A stretch of 64,000 nt of DNA from an uncultured Poribacteria bacterium (GTDB taxonomy: Bacteria > Poribacteria > WGA-4E > WGA-3G). The stretch lies in the NCBI GenBank assembly GCA_951813565.1, contig OX638351.1:256001-320000 (forward strand), written 5' to 3'. Under the pieces are notes generated by a model that was not told the origin of the DNA, made no database searches, and saw only the letters and a program-made list of their open reading frames with translations. Positions 7,877 to 18,305 of this stretch are shown here, in pieces. A program made the translations under genes and the position numbers. Within the stretch, counting starts at the first letter, position 1. The number at the start of each line of letters is the position of its first letter.

Positions 7877-10800
7877 ATGGAACGCTCAAAATTGTATTTC
7901 TTTTCACTCATTTTCATGTTAATCACAGCGGGTGCTTTGATGACAGGACCTGAGGCACAACAAACCGATGAGGCCACTGAACAAAAGCGCATGATGGCAC
8001 AAGAATTCGTAAAAAAGGCACAAGAATTCGTAAAACAAAACCGAATAGAGAAAGCAATAGAAATCTACGAAAGAATTGCCAAAGCGGTACCTGAAAATCT
8101 TGAATCACGCGCGGAACTTGCAAAACTCTATGCCCGCACAAATCAACACGATAAAGCTGCTCAAATCTGGAGCGAACTGCTTGACACTGCCCCAGAAAAC
8201 TTAGCGTATCAAGATGCGCTTTTTAATAGTCTACAAGCTGCTGGCAAACTGGACGAGGCAATTGAACTCGCGGAGGCATATATCCAAACGCAACCGGAGG
8301 TTGGTGTCCATTACGCACGGCTTGCCAAACTTTATGAAGACGAGGGAAACTTAGATGCAGCCATCACCAACTATGAAAAAGCGATTGAATTAGCATACGC
8401 TGATAAACAAACTTATGTCAAACTCGCAAGACTTAATTTTCTCAATGAGGACATAGACGCTGCCGAAATAGCGTTGAGGAATGCCATTCTATCTTCCACA
8501 TCAGTCCGAGAACAGAGAGATTTGGAACGACAATTGCTTAATCTCTATCGTTTTTATGGGAATTTAGAAGAGAAGCTACAAAAGGCTGAAAATGATGGAA
8601 CAACCACTTATGAGATGCAGAAAGTACGAGCAGAATACTTTTACAAAAATGACGAATTAGAAAAATCAGTAAATGCTTATAAGAAAGCATACAACATGAC
8701 AATCAGTTCCAATGAGAAAGAAAGAATATCTGCGGACTTACTCAAGGTATATGTACAACTCGGTGAAATGGACTCTGCAATAAAACCCTATGAAACAGAG
8801 GCGAATTCGAATACAAACAGCAATACACGATCCTTTACTTCGGCAAGAATTACAGTGACTTCGGCAAGAATTGCAGCGACATATAAATTGGAGACTGAAC
8901 GCGATTCATTGATTAGTGCTTTCAAGAACCAAGATAAACTTGAAATGTTAAAAACACATTATGAGGGTAAACTTGGAAAAAATAAAGATAATCCTGTGGC
9001 ACTCATAATATTGGCAAGAATATATTGGAATGAAAAGAATTATCAAAAATCTGCTGAAATGTATGAAGCACTTGGCAAAGCAGAATCAAACGATGTCCGT
9101 TATTTTTATTATGCTGCGGCTGCATTGAAAAAAAACAATCAGCCTGAATTAGCCAAAGAGATGCTCAATCAAGCTAAACAGGCACTTGCATCCTGCAGTG
9201 AAAAAGATGATGTGTATTTTCTTGGTGCGCTCGCAACAATTTGCAGTGAAAATAGGATGTTTGAACCGGCAATTGAACTGTCTAAATCCGCGATTGATAA
9301 GAGTAATAGCGATACAGATAGTAGGATTCAAGATACTTTGCGCAATATACTTGCAAAAAGTTACCGTGAAACAAAACGTTATATTGAAGCTGTTGATATG
9401 TATCAGGAAATTGCAAACAAATCCAGAAGTGCCAGCACACGAAATATAGCAAAAAGAGCGATCCGTGAAATCTCCGGAGAACGAAAACCCAATGAAAAAT
9501 TGATCCTGCAACAACTGAATGAGGTTGAAAAGAACCCTAACGATCCCAACCTCATCTTGGAACTTGCCAAAAGTTATGAAGCTACAGATAAAATTAAACA
9601 AGCAATTGAGCAGTATCAAAAACTTACTAAACTGCAACCTGAAAATGTCCGGTGGTACATAAAGTTGGGGGATATGTTTCAAAGAGTGGATCGTCCGATA
9701 GACAAAGTAATAGAAAGCAATGCACTTAGCTTAGATGGAAATGGGAGTTATGTCGAAATCGTGGACAGCGAGACCATTAACAATATTTCCGAGCAAGTTA
9801 CGATCTCTGCATGGATCAAACCCACAGATTTTCTAAACATCTATACGACTGTGTTATTCAAAGGAGACAGACGGATTCCGGACATTTCGCATCGTCAATT
9901 CACACTTTGGTTGTTTGATGAAGGCAAAATTCTCTTTAATGTATCACCGGACGGACATCCACAGAAATTTATCTGGTCTCCGCCAGATACGATTGAAAAA
10001 AATAAATGGTACCATGTTGCGGGAACAATTGATGCTAAAAATGACATCATGAAGTTATATCTCAACGGTGCTGAAGTTGGAAGAAATGACTTTAAACAGG
10101 CGTTACATTTACGTAAAACCACACTTCCATTCCGTATCGGTTGTTCTCATGAAGAAGAAAGGTGGGATCATGCTTCTTTTATCGGACAAATTGATGAGGT
10201 GCGTGTGTGGAACATTGCACGTACTGAAAATGAAATTCGTTCCGATATGAACAAGCAGTTGAAGGGAGATGAATCCGGTTTAGTCGGATATTGGAAATTT
10301 GACGCTGAAACGCAGGGACGCACTTCCGATAGTTCACCGAATAAAAATGATGGTAAACTTATCGGAAATGCTAAACTTGAACCTTACACCCGTCCAATTT
10401 TTGGAAATGTAAAGAATGAGGACTTGAGAAAAGCAGTAGTCTATTATGAAAAAGCGATAGAACTTAATCCAAAAATATACCAATCCCGCAATCTGTTAGC
10501 AAATTTATATATAAAACTGAACCAGATATCAGATGCTGAAGCGGTATATCTCCGAGCATTAGACGCACCTTTGACACAAGCGAGGCATGATTCCTTAATT
10601 CGCGCTATCTCCAAGCTTTACGTTGACGAAGGACAAGAGCACAAACTCGTTGCTATCCTTGAAGAAATAGAACCTAAAATGCAGGAGAGTGTAGTCTTGT
10701 ACGAACTTTTAGGAGACCTCTACAATAAAATAGGTGAATCCGATAAAGCTGAACTTGCCTACGTCGAGTGGTTGCAAATGAGAGAGAAGGAAGGAAATCT

Positions 10801-11161
10801 ACAGAGCGCAAAATATCAACGTTGGTTTGCTGAAGAACTTCTTGAAAAGGGAGTTCTTCCAGAAACAACACTAAAATATGCGAAACGTGCGTTACAAGAG
10901 GATACGGGGACGAGTTATTACTACCCCATGACACTTGGACATGCATGCATTGCGAATGATCTCTATGATGATGCGCTTCGATACTATAAATACGCTTTCA
11001 GTATGTTATCTGCCAATTCTTCATCGGACTATATCTGGAAACAGATCGCTGACGCAAGCAAGAATGCTAACGACAAAGAACGTTACATTCAAATGTTAAA
11101 TGCGTTGAAAAATTCCCTCCCACCGGAGTATTCAGGTTCTGTGTCAATGATTACTGATTAA
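7877..11161 (+). CDS. Secreted TPR-repeat protein with internal LamG/concanavalin-like domain
   Basis: N-terminal signal peptide; many TPR motifs (YEKAIEL); LamG motifs TISAWIKP, WYHVAGT, LYLNG, GQIDEVRVWNIART, GLVGYWKFD. Confidence 0.88.
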   Translation: MERSKLYFFSLIFMLITAGALMTGPEAQQTDEATEQKRMMAQEFVKKAQEFVKQNRIEKAIEIYERIAKAVPENLESRAELAKLYARTNQHDKAAQIWSELLDTAPENLAYQDALFNSLQAAGKLDEAIELAEAYIQTQPEVGVHYARLAKLYEDEGNLDAAITNYEKAIELAYADKQTYVKLARLNFLNEDIDAAEIALRNAILSSTSVREQRDLERQLLNLYRFYGNLEEKLQKAENDGTTTYEMQKVRAEYFYKNDELEKSVNAYKKAYNMTISSNEKERISADLLKVYVQLGEMDSAIKPYETEANSNTNSNTRSFTSARITVTSARIAATYKLETERDSLISAFKNQDKLEMLKTHYEGKLGKNKDNPVALIILARIYWNEKNYQKSAEMYEALGKAESNDVRYFYYAAAALKKNNQPELAKEMLNQAKQALASCSEKDDVYFLGALATICSENRMFEPAIELSKSAIDKSNSDTDSRIQDTLRNILAKSYRETKRYIEAVDMYQEIANKSRSASTRNIAKRAIREISGERKPNEKLILQQLNEVEKNPNDPNLILELAKSYEATDKIKQAIEQYQKLTKLQPENVRWYIKLGDMFQRVDRPIDKVIESNALSLDGNGSYVEIVDSETINNISEQVTISAWIKPTDFLNIYTTVLFKGDRRIPDISHRQFTLWLFDEGKILFNVSPDGHPQKFIWSPPDTIEKNKWYHVAGTIDAKNDIMKLYLNGAEVGRNDFKQALHLRKTTLPFRIGCSHEEERWDHASFIGQIDEVRVWNIARTENEIRSDMNKQLKGDESGLVGYWKFDAETQGRTSDSSPNKNDGKLIGNAKLEPYTRPIFGNVKNEDLRKAVVYYEKAIELNPKIYQSRNLLANLYIKLNQISDAEAVYLRALDAPLTQARHDSLIRAISKLYVDEGQEHKLVAILEEIEPKMQESVVLYELLGDLYNKIGESDKAELAYVEWLQMREKEGNLQSAKYQRWFAEELLEKGVLPETTLKYAKRALQEDTGTSYYYPMTLGHACIANDLYDDALRYYKYAFSMLSANSSSDYIWKQIADASKNANDKERYIQMLNALKNSLPPEYSGSVSMITD

Positions 11162-11313
11162 ATTTTAAAACATTATTCTGGTTACGCTCAAAGCAGGTAT
11201 AAACACAATTCTTGTCAAAGTTTGTAATGAGGAAAAGGATTGGGGATTCTATCTGCGGATTACGGATGCTGACGGAAAACCTTTTGAAGATTTCAATATT
11301 TCGGAATAAATTC

Positions 11314-11597
11314 GTAGGTTGGGTAGAGCGAAAGCGACACCCATAGCCGTCAATTTAAGGATAGATTTTCTTGTAGGAGTGAATCAACGCAGCATGCGCG
11401 TGTGGCATGCTGCGGGTTTGTAACCCCGATTTAATTAGTTTAGGTTCACAAAATCGGGGGTTACAAACCCGACAAATCATGTAGAATGCCATGCGCGCAT
11501 TCTACCAAGCGCATTTGGCGTTGATTCACTCCCACAAGAGACAATCCGGTAATTATGTGCTTAAGTTGACGCCTATGGGTTTCGCGTTCGCTCTACC
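11314..11597. repeat. REP(+) - IS4-type MITE (11342-11578) - REP(-), with an inner REP pair carrying two micro-insertions
   Basis: gtaggttgggtagagcgaaagcgacacc; catagccgtcaatttaag...cttaagttgacgcctatg; ggtttcgcgttcgctctacc; inserts 11380-11413 and 11471-11528. Confidence 0.8.
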
Positions 11598-13141
11598 CAT
11601 AGGTGTCAACTTAAGGATTTTCAGCATTCTTTAGTTGCCTGTAATACCAAATTACCCTAAATCGTAGGGGCGGGTCTCTGTGCCCGCCCTTACCATCGGC
11701 AATGAAAACAATGCAATTCTCGTTAATTTGGTATAAGTTGTCCGCTTTCCTGCTCTATGTTTTCCATAGTCGCTGTATCGTCCACCCTGTTTTATGTATC
11801 TAAGTGTTCTATAAAAAGCTGTTTTAGATTTGTGAAAACTCATTGTGAGTGTGCGTGCGTGCCTCCCAATAAGTTTTGCTGTTTTGATGAGATCGTGTCG
11901 CATACATTTCCATCCAGTTGCTAACATAATCCAGTGTCTTATAAGTTGTGCGATGAGTTTGGCGGACACCTCACATAAGGGACGCTCAGGTTTGGTGCTG
12001 CGGGATGTATTCACCTTACCAACGCTTTTGAAGGATTTAAACTCAACTCAACTTGCCATCGTATCCGGGCGATAGTGGCAACCTGTTCGGCGGTAAGTCG
12101 TGTCGTCCCAATATTTGTAATGTAGATGTCCCAACCGGCAAGTTGTAAGCTTGTTTTGAGGGTGTTGTCCATCTCCGTTTAGCATCGCGTCTGATGTTTC
12201 GGCGACGCTTGTTTGCTTCTGGTTCGGAACATCGCAGCGCAACAAGCCGTGCTGACAGACGCTTCTTTGCGCCAACGAAGCAGTTCTGGTCTATAGTGTC
12301 TAAGTTTGTTGCTTTGAGGTGCTTATACAAGCAGAAAGGTTCTCCTTGTTCATCAAAGAGTTTACAGTTTACTTTCAATCTTGTGATCCAAAAGGCACCT
12401 GTTTGTGTCAGTTTTCCAAACGCGTCAAGTGAGAAATAGCTGAGGTCTGCTAAACGTAAACTTCCAGCGGAGAGCGGTTCAAACTCCTTTTCTGCTGTGC
12501 TATCGGCAATGATACCATCAGTGAGTTGGAAGTGTACAAAAGCACCCGTGAGCACATCAAAACGGAGGTGAAGTTTTATGGGAGCTTTTTTATGTTCGGT
12601 TCTACAACCGGTTTCCTTCCAAACGGATCGGAGTTCATCGGGGAGCGCAATCCAAGTGCTGTCCTGCAAATAGACACCTGTGAACTGTTTTAGCAAAGGG
12701 AGTGTCTGCGGTTGTGCCGAAATAACTTGTGTTGCGGCTACTTCAAGCGTTGATTTTAGGGTTTGTGCAGCCTCATAAGTCATCCGTTTTTCAATCGCTT
12801 GACGGGTGACATGCACATCTAAGCGCGTGCTGTTTGTGCCAAATCTGTATAACTTGCATCGGGAGTTTCAAGCCACCCGAATACGAGCATCTGGACGAAA
12901 GCACTTCCGGAAAGTTTGCGTATTCTTTGGACGAACCCGCAACTCAAAGCTGATGCGTTAGCGGTGGTTTGTAGTATCTCTTGCATTTTATCGGAAACCT
13001 ATGTTAGAATAGACATCGGAACACCTCTTTTGTAGGAATAAGTAGAAGTTATTTTCTCCATTATGCAAGAGGTGTCTCCATTTTGCAACGCTTTTCTAAT
13101 ACCTAAAAAGACACATATCTGTTCTTAAGTTGACACCTATG
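11598..13141 (-). mobile_element. IS4-family (IS231-like ends) insertion sequence, defective
   Basis: Perfect 18-bp TIR cataggtgtcaacttaag / cttaagttgacacctatg. Confidence 0.88.
11652..13016 (-). pseudogene. IS4-family transposase pseudogene
   Basis: Start MSILT* at 13016 with early stop; frameshifts near 12825 and 12150; motifs LQDST, LADLSYF; fragments 12043-12816 and 11652-12014. Confidence 0.85.
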
Positions 13142-13249
13142 GGTAGAGCGATAGCGAAACCCATCCTAAAATATTATAATAAAATATTAAAGGGTGTGAT
13201 AAAATGCGTCAAAAATATAGAAAACTAAATAACCCTGCCTGAAACAAAT

Positions 13250-13278
13250 TTGCATTGCCAATAAAAAAATGGTATTAT
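13250..13278 (+). promoter_or_regulatory. Candidate sigma70 promoter of the yggS operon
   Basis: TTGCAT-17 nt-TATTAT with extended -10 TG. Confidence 0.45.
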
Positions 13279-13321
13279 AAAGTGACCGATTTTAGCCTTC
13301 GGTCTGGGACCAAAGTGAGAA

Positions 13322-13663
13322 TTGAAAATGCGTCCTTTTTTTGTATCGTTATCAATCTTAACAAGTATTATAGGTCTCATCTTTATCATGCGTGGTTGTG
13401 TACATCCTGCAAAATATCAGAAGGAGTTATCTAAGGAAACACCAACTGCAGTTAGAGTAACCCAAATTTACACTGAGGCCACTCATCTTGTTGTAGTCGG
13501 TATCGGGGTTGTTAGTTTAGGGATACTGATAGTTTTTATCGGGACACTTACCCGCATTGATGAATGGAAAAATCTGTATTCACGCTTAATAGGTAAAACT
13601 ACGAAGAATTCAATAGTTGCGGATGAACCTGAAACTTCACAGCGTGAGGAGAACGAAAATTGA
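13322..13663 (+). CDS. Hypothetical membrane protein (two hydrophobic segments)
   Basis: Two TM-like stretches; stop overlaps the yggS start. Confidence 0.7.
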   Translation: MKMRPFFVSLSILTSIIGLIFIMRGCVHPAKYQKELSKETPTAVRVTQIYTEATHLVVVGIGVVSLGILIVFIGTLTRIDEWKNLYSRLIGKTTKNSIVADEPETSQREENEN

Positions 13664-14376
13664 ATCGGATTGTTGAAAACCTTGCGAATGTCAAGGAACG
13701 TATGGCGGCATCTGCAGAACGAAGTGGTCGCGCACCGGATTCAATTAAGCTTGTTACGGTTACAAAAGGACGTTCAATAACAAATATTCAAACAGTCCTT
13801 GCTGCTGGGGCGACAGATATTGGTGAAAACCGTGTGCAGGAAGCACAGCAAAAATTCGACCTAATTCAATCGTTTTGTGAAACAGTACCAAACATTCAAG
13901 CATGTGAATGGCACCTTGTAGGACACCTTCAAAGAAATAAAGTTAAGTCTGCCTTAGATATGTTTACGCTAATCCACTCAGTGGATAGTTTGAGACTTTT
14001 AGCAGAGATAGCACGGCGGGCAGAAGCACGTAAGCAACAAACAGAAATACTAATTCAAATAAATACAACTGGCGAAGCAAGCAAGTTTGGTATAGATTCG
14101 GAGGATGTGCGGGATTTTATAGAAAAGTCGCTTACCTATTCAGGCGCACGTATTGTTGGGTTAATGACAATGGGAGTATTAAGTTCTTCCCCAGAAATAA
14201 ATCGCCCAGCTTTTGCTCTGCTGAGAACACTTTCGGAAAAGGTAAAGGCTGAGAAGTTTCCCGGAATAACAATGGAGTACCTCTCCATGGGGATGACAAA
14301 CGATTTTGAGGTAGCAATCGAAGAAGGAGCGAACCTTGTTAGGATAGGTAGGGCAATTTTCGGAAACGCAGGTTAA
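13660..14376 (+). CDS. yggS: YggS/PLPBP pyridoxal-phosphate homeostasis protein
   Basis: VTVTK, GENRVQE, WHLVGHLQRNK, LSMGMTNDFEVAIEEGANLVRIGRAIFG. Confidence 0.96.
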   Translation: MNRIVENLANVKERMAASAERSGRAPDSIKLVTVTKGRSITNIQTVLAAGATDIGENRVQEAQQKFDLIQSFCETVPNIQACEWHLVGHLQRNKVKSALDMFTLIHSVDSLRLLAEIARRAEARKQQTEILIQINTTGEASKFGIDSEDVRDFIEKSLTYSGARIVGLMTMGVLSSSPEINRPAFALLRTLSEKVKAEKFPGITMEYLSMGMTNDFEVAIEEGANLVRIGRAIFGNAG

Positions 14377-14514
14377 TAGAATAGTACTTACGCACTTTGC
14401 TTATTTTCGGTTTTATTTATCGTGAGATCCAATTTATTGCGTGATTACTGATGAAGTTAAAACAATTGATATAAATCTGTTCTCATTAACGCTGTGGATA
14501 TTGTGAGGAGTAAA

Positions 14515-15333
14515 ATGGTGGTAGACAACCTAAAATTGGGTGTGATTGGTGTCGGAAAGATGGGCGGTATACTCGTAAGGAGTATCGTTGGACGCTTGTT
14601 TCCAGCGCAACAAATTTGGATTACCGATCTGGACAAAAATCTGGTTAACCAACTCTGTGATGAAAAAGGTGTGAACGCTACGTCAAACATTGAGGAACTT
14701 ATCAAAAAGACAGATATTATCCTCTGTGCCGTTCCACCCGTGGCGGTACCGCACATTCTACCACAGGTATCACACAGTCTCTCATCACCACAATGGATTA
14801 TAAGCATCGCAGCTGGCGTCGCGACTGAAACGCTCGAATCATATTTTAAAACCCCGCCTCCAATTGTTCGCGTGATGCCAAATATAGCAGCTTCGGTTGA
14901 AGCGGCAATCTCTGTGTTGACAGCAGGCAGTGCTGCTGATGAGCAACATCTCGCCATAGCGCAAAAGGTATTCAACACTTGCGGAACTACATTAATATTG
15001 GAGGAACGACACCTAAATGCGGTTACAGGAGTCAGCGGCAGTGGTCCTGCTTATGTTGCGCTTTTTATAGAAGCATTAGCAGATGCCGGTGTCCATGTCG
15101 GTTTGCCACGGCAAGACGCGCAAACTTTGGCGATACACACAGTTTTGGGTGCAGCTTCAATGTTAGCACAATCCCAAGAACATCCTGCTGTCCTGAAAAA
15201 CCGAGTCACAACACCGGGCGGGACAACAGCTGCAGGACTCCACGCACTTGAACGAGGTGGTTTGCGCGCAACACTTGCCGAGGCAATACTTGCTGCAACG
15301 GAACGTGCCAAACAACTTGACACGGTAAAATAG
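14515..15333 (+). CDS. proC: Pyrroline-5-carboxylate reductase
   Basis: IGVGKMG, ISIAAGV, VRVMPN, SGSGPAY, VTTPGGTT; ATG 14515 follows GAGGAG. Confidence 0.96.
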   Translation: MVVDNLKLGVIGVGKMGGILVRSIVGRLFPAQQIWITDLDKNLVNQLCDEKGVNATSNIEELIKKTDIILCAVPPVAVPHILPQVSHSLSSPQWIISIAAGVATETLESYFKTPPPIVRVMPNIAASVEAAISVLTAGSAADEQHLAIAQKVFNTCGTTLILEERHLNAVTGVSGSGPAYVALFIEALADAGVHVGLPRQDAQTLAIHTVLGAASMLAQSQEHPAVLKNRVTTPGGTTAAGLHALERGGLRATLAEAILAATERAKQLDTVK

Positions 15334-15349
15334 GAAGGGAATAACCGTA

Positions 15350-15619
15350 ATGCCTATTCTTGCCAAATTGCTCAGTCACCTTCTTGATATTTACATGGTA
15401 ATTGTTATCGCTAACGTGTTACTTTCATGGATAGTGTTCGGAACGCAAAATTTAGTCGTTCGTCGAATCTATGTGGCCACAGGTCAATTGGTCGATCCGG
15501 TATTACAACCTATTCGAAACCTAATTTATCCGATGACTCGCAATATCGGTATTGACTTTTCGCCAATAGTGTTAATTGTTCTCTTACAAATTCTCAGTTC
15601 ATGGTTGCGTCCTTCGTAA
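15350..15619 (+). CDS. yggT: YggT family membrane protein
   Basis: LLSW, DPVLQPIR, GIDFSPIV; synteny with yggS-proC. Confidence 0.93.
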   Translation: MPILAKLLSHLLDIYMVIVIANVLLSWIVFGTQNLVVRRIYVATGQLVDPVLQPIRNLIYPMTRNIGIDFSPIVLIVLLQILSSWLRPS

Positions 15620-15679
15620 ATTATTTATTGAGTTCGGCATATATCAAACTATTTCACAATTTCATCCTATCTATTAGGA

Positions 15680-18283
15680 ATGACCACTTGCTTTATGAAA
15701 AAGGCAAATTCTTCCCCAAAGGACACTACAGTTAAACGTTCCAGTACTAAATCTAAGAAAAAGAAGTTAAACTCAGTTCAGACTGAGGACGTTTTACATA
15801 GTTCCCACGAAGCAGAAATTCTTAAATTGTGGACAACTCAAAATGTCTACAAGGTTGAAGAAAAAAATGCCGTGTCGCCAACCTATGTGATCAGAGAAAT
15901 GCCAACGCCTGTGGATGCACTAAGCCTTGACACACTTCGAAGAAAAATTTATCAAGATATTTTCCTCAAATGTGAAATGCTCCGGGGACGTAGTGTTGTA
16001 TATTCGCCGTTTTGGGAAACCTTTCCCTTTAGCGTTGAAGCGACCGTAATAAAAGAAAAAATGGCTACAGTTTCAGGAAATATCATCAATTTTCGAAAGC
16101 AGTGTAGACAACTTTACAGTGAACAATTAAAAACGCAAGAACAGAAATTACAGAAACTCGGTATTTTTGCAGATTGGACTTCCGCTGAAAAAACATTGGA
16201 GGCACGTCATGAGACTAAACTCTTTAGCTACTTTGATAGATTACGAGACACTAAATTCTTACGTGATGAATTGAAACTCAGCCATTGGTGTCCAAAATGT
16301 GCTTCACCGTTGGAAACAGGAAAAACAGTTACACCGGTTTCCAATAGCGTTTTAGATACCTATGTAAAGTTTCCACTCAACAGCGGTTTTGAAGAATTTG
16401 GAAAAGATGTCTTTTTCGTTGCGCGTTTTCCACTGTCTCAATTGTGGCGGATTGCAGGAATGATCGCAATGGGAATTTTTGAAAATGCCACCTTTTTACT
16501 CACCGAATTTGAAAACCAATATCTAATTTTTTCTGAACAGCAATTGAAAAAATTTGTTGATCCAAACACTAAACGTAAGAAATATCCTGTACCTATTGGG
16601 AAATTAAAAGCAACACAGTTTAACAATTGTACTGTCTCACACCCGCTATTCTCACTAACTGATCTACCTTTTTATTCATTACCAGAAAAAATAGTTGGAA
16701 CCATTTCTGATTCATCACAAAAAAAGGAATTGATGGAGGGCATCATACCTCTAAACCCTGCACATCATTTGCTTAGTTATAGTATTTCCAATGTGTTAGC
16801 AAGCATTGATAACTCTGCCAAAGCAAAATTTATATCATCTACTCCAACAACACCCATTTTTGATGAAACTGGCAGGTTTACAGAAGATGCGGATGCCTTA
16901 TGCGGATTAAAATTGTCTAACGCGATTCAACTTATTACTGATGAATTAGAGAATCGTGGGGGCTTAATTAAAGGAAGAAAACATAAAATAAAACAACTTG
17001 AATGTCAACACTGTAATGGTTTGTCAGTTTCGCGTCCTTACAGGCACTGGGTATTTTCCATTACCTCCAGCAATATTCAAGAAGATGTCTCAAATTTACC
17101 AGAATATTGGGCGCATTACGACGACGAAATACGGGGGGACATTCAAAGTGAAATGATGAATGCCTCCGATATGCCAATTTCTTCGCAACGCCAATGGGGA
17201 ATACCGCTCCCAATTCTGATGTGTGATAGTTGCAACAATATTATTACAGATAAAAAAACGCTTCGGGCAGTTCGTAGTTCTATCCGACGCGGTTCGGAAC
17301 ACTGGTTCCGTCTGAGCGTAGAAGAACTATTACCCGCAGATACGGTCTGCATACATTGCCATTCAAAGGACTTCCGAAAAGAGGCTACTTACATTGAAAG
17401 TCATTTTGCTAACCTACTTCAGGCACTTGATACATCAGATTTCAAAAAACCAATTATTGGGTCTTGCACGAATGTTACTTTTGCACCCCGTGCCGCTTTC
17501 TTAAAATGGTTAAGAGAGTTGAGTGTGCTTTCAGCATCACTTCAACTGAGTCGACCTACTAAAGAGAGCCAACCCTTTAAATTCTTAAAACTAAACAGTA
17601 TTGCTGAAGAAGTTTGGGACACCGTGATAGAAGAAAATTTGTATAAAAAATATCCTGCGGATGTTCTACGCCTAATCTCAATAGTGCCAGACTTACATCA
17701 AGTTCAACTTAAAGAAGATGACACTAAACAACTTGAAGAGTTGATAGAGGTGTACAATCAAAAATACGGACAACTTAAAGAGGTATTAAATCAGGCAGTC
17801 CAATTGCTATCTGATCTGCAGAATAGGACTAATTCTAATAAACGTATGACCACCTCTAATAAACCTGACGCGAATGTTTGTGAAATATTATTGAAACATG
17901 ACGCACTTGCCATTTCTTTGACTAATCAACTTCTCAGCAGTGTTGAGGCAGCTTACACAGAAAGAGATTTTTATGGTATGTGGCAATTATTATTAGATTT
18001 CTGTCGTACAGATCTTCAATTTTATATCGAATTTTGTGCTGCGAAAAAAGTAGCTAAAGGGGTAGTCTCTGCACAACTTGCTTTTTCATCAATATTCACA
18101 GCCATTTTACAATATCTTGCTCCGATTACTCCTTTCTTAGCTGAAGAAATTTTTGTTCAGACAAATTCCGCTTTCACCAGCATATTTCAAAGTAAGAGGA
18201 GTCAATTACCAAAAATCTCTCAGCAATTTGATACAAAGGTTGAATGGGAGTCGTTAAAGAATAGCTATCAACCAAAAACCTAA
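15680..18283 (+). CDS. Degenerate isoleucyl-tRNA synthetase homologue (predicted catalytically dead)
   Basis: IleRS-like segments LGIFADW, HWCPKC, YVKFPL, DETGRFTE, ISSQRQWGIPLP, KYPADVLRL, LAPITPFLAEEI; position between yggT and lspA; HIGH and KMSKS absent. Confidence 0.85.
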   Translation: MTTCFMKKANSSPKDTTVKRSSTKSKKKKLNSVQTEDVLHSSHEAEILKLWTTQNVYKVEEKNAVSPTYVIREMPTPVDALSLDTLRRKIYQDIFLKCEMLRGRSVVYSPFWETFPFSVEATVIKEKMATVSGNIINFRKQCRQLYSEQLKTQEQKLQKLGIFADWTSAEKTLEARHETKLFSYFDRLRDTKFLRDELKLSHWCPKCASPLETGKTVTPVSNSVLDTYVKFPLNSGFEEFGKDVFFVARFPLSQLWRIAGMIAMGIFENATFLLTEFENQYLIFSEQQLKKFVDPNTKRKKYPVPIGKLKATQFNNCTVSHPLFSLTDLPFYSLPEKIVGTISDSSQKKELMEGIIPLNPAHHLLSYSISNVLASIDNSAKAKFISSTPTTPIFDETGRFTEDADALCGLKLSNAIQLITDELENRGGLIKGRKHKIKQLECQHCNGLSVSRPYRHWVFSITSSNIQEDVSNLPEYWAHYDDEIRGDIQSEMMNASDMPISSQRQWGIPLPILMCDSCNNIITDKKTLRAVRSSIRRGSEHWFRLSVEELLPADTVCIHCHSKDFRKEATYIESHFANLLQALDTSDFKKPIIGSCTNVTFAPRAAFLKWLRELSVLSASLQLSRPTKESQPFKFLKLNSIAEEVWDTVIEENLYKKYPADVLRLISIVPDLHQVQLKEDDTKQLEELIEVYNQKYGQLKEVLNQAVQLLSDLQNRTNSNKRMTTSNKPDANVCEILLKHDALAISLTNQLLSSVEAAYTERDFYGMWQLLLDFCRTDLQFYIEFCAAKKVAKGVVSAQLAFSSIFTAILQYLAPITPFLAEEIFVQTNSAFTSIFQSKRSQLPKISQQFDTKVEWESLKNSYQPKT

Positions 18284-18305
18284 CATCTAAGGGATAACTC
18301 AGGAA

